Source: Batkoa obscura
Taxonomy: Eukaryota
NCBI GenBank assembly: GCA_030770535.1
Contig: JASVEC010000019.1
Span: 806,001 to 870,000, forward strand
DNA: 64,000 nucleotides
Direction of reading: 5' to 3'
Shown: positions 63,347 to 64,000 of the stretch, in pieces
How the letters are laid out: the number at the start of each line of letters is the position of its first letter
How positions within the stretch are numbered: position 1 is the stretch's first letter
The notes under the pieces: generated by a model
The model's database searches: none
What the model saw: only the letters and a program-made list of their open reading frames with translations
What the model was told of the DNA's origin: nothing
Position numbers and translations under genes: made by a program

Positions 63347-64000
63347 TTACAATTAAGGCCAAAAGCACATTAAACATTAAATTATCAAAAAGTAAAATAG
63401 CTATTGTTTTTATTTTATATACATTCATTATCTCTCTGGTCTTACCGTAATAATATTACCTTTGTTTCACTCAAATGAATTCTTGCCTATTTATTTGTTA
63501 AGCATGTTAAATTTTTTTTCAAATCTTCAAATTATTTTGCTTTTGATTGTTTTTGTACCAAATTCAGATTCCTCCAAATCAGCTTTTAATTTATCATGAA
63601 ATCATATCAGTTAATTGGATTTAATATGGTGGCACTAGCACTCTATTAAATCTTACTGTATATGCTAGCATTTATTTAAGGTTAAGCCAATAGTAATAAT
63701 GAAATAAAGAAGTCATTAAATTTGTAATACATTATTGTTATAATGATGTTTTAATTAAATGGAATTTTATTAATATAGTTTTTGTTTGAAATTTTATACT
63801 AATTGAATTGTGTATAAAAATATTTTTAAATTGAATTTGAGGCTTTTAAATCGATAAATCCTTATTTGAGCATTACATCACCCCTTTTAAAACTGAATTG
63901 TTTTCTATGGGCTAAACGGCAAAGTAAAGAAAGGGAATGCTTGTATTGATATGTCTATATTTGAACTAAATTGATTATTTAAAAACATATAAAAATATTA

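Overview
Very AT-rich, intron-rich eukaryotic DNA with short (~45-60 nt) GT-AG introns. It is clearly fungal (Zn2Cys6 and APSES factors) and plausibly an early-diverging lineage such as Zoopagomycota/Entomophthorales (inference only). Housekeeping genes: NOP56, GGC1 mitochondrial GTP/GDP carrier, a DPH6/MJ0570-like PP-loop protein, two Cdc25-like rhodaneses, 3-hydroxyacyl-CoA dehydrogenase, phosphoglucomutase, an NDUFA9-like SDR and tRNA-Leu(CAA). Other genes: four paralogous Zn2Cys6 transcription factors sharing a 13-nt micro-exon, a bHLH factor, a small 3-exon APSES factor only partly seen in the ORF track, a cytochrome P450 with an inverted pseudogene twin, an old-yellow-enzyme pseudogene, an M28 aminopeptidase, a DOMON/cytochrome b561 protein, a FAR-17a/AIG1-like membrane protein, a 1541-aa low-complexity protein with a cryptic 41-aa repeat, and a tail-anchored orphan. 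Intergenic DNA holds 24 copies of a ~100-bp TA-flanked MITE and 6 copies of a 464-bp TG...CA element (solo LTR or Ginger-like). Most interesting: (1) the two P450 copies share an apparently perfect 1151-bp inverted core inside otherwise diverged flanks, bracketing an ~11-kb segment with three TF genes, which is either gene conversion or a candidate invertible ON/OFF switch; (2) a family of tiny secreted prepropeptide genes ending in PGHW(P/S), below the ORF cutoff; (3) a mini-APSES protein lacking the arginine-rich recognition helix. All calls were made by eye without database searches.
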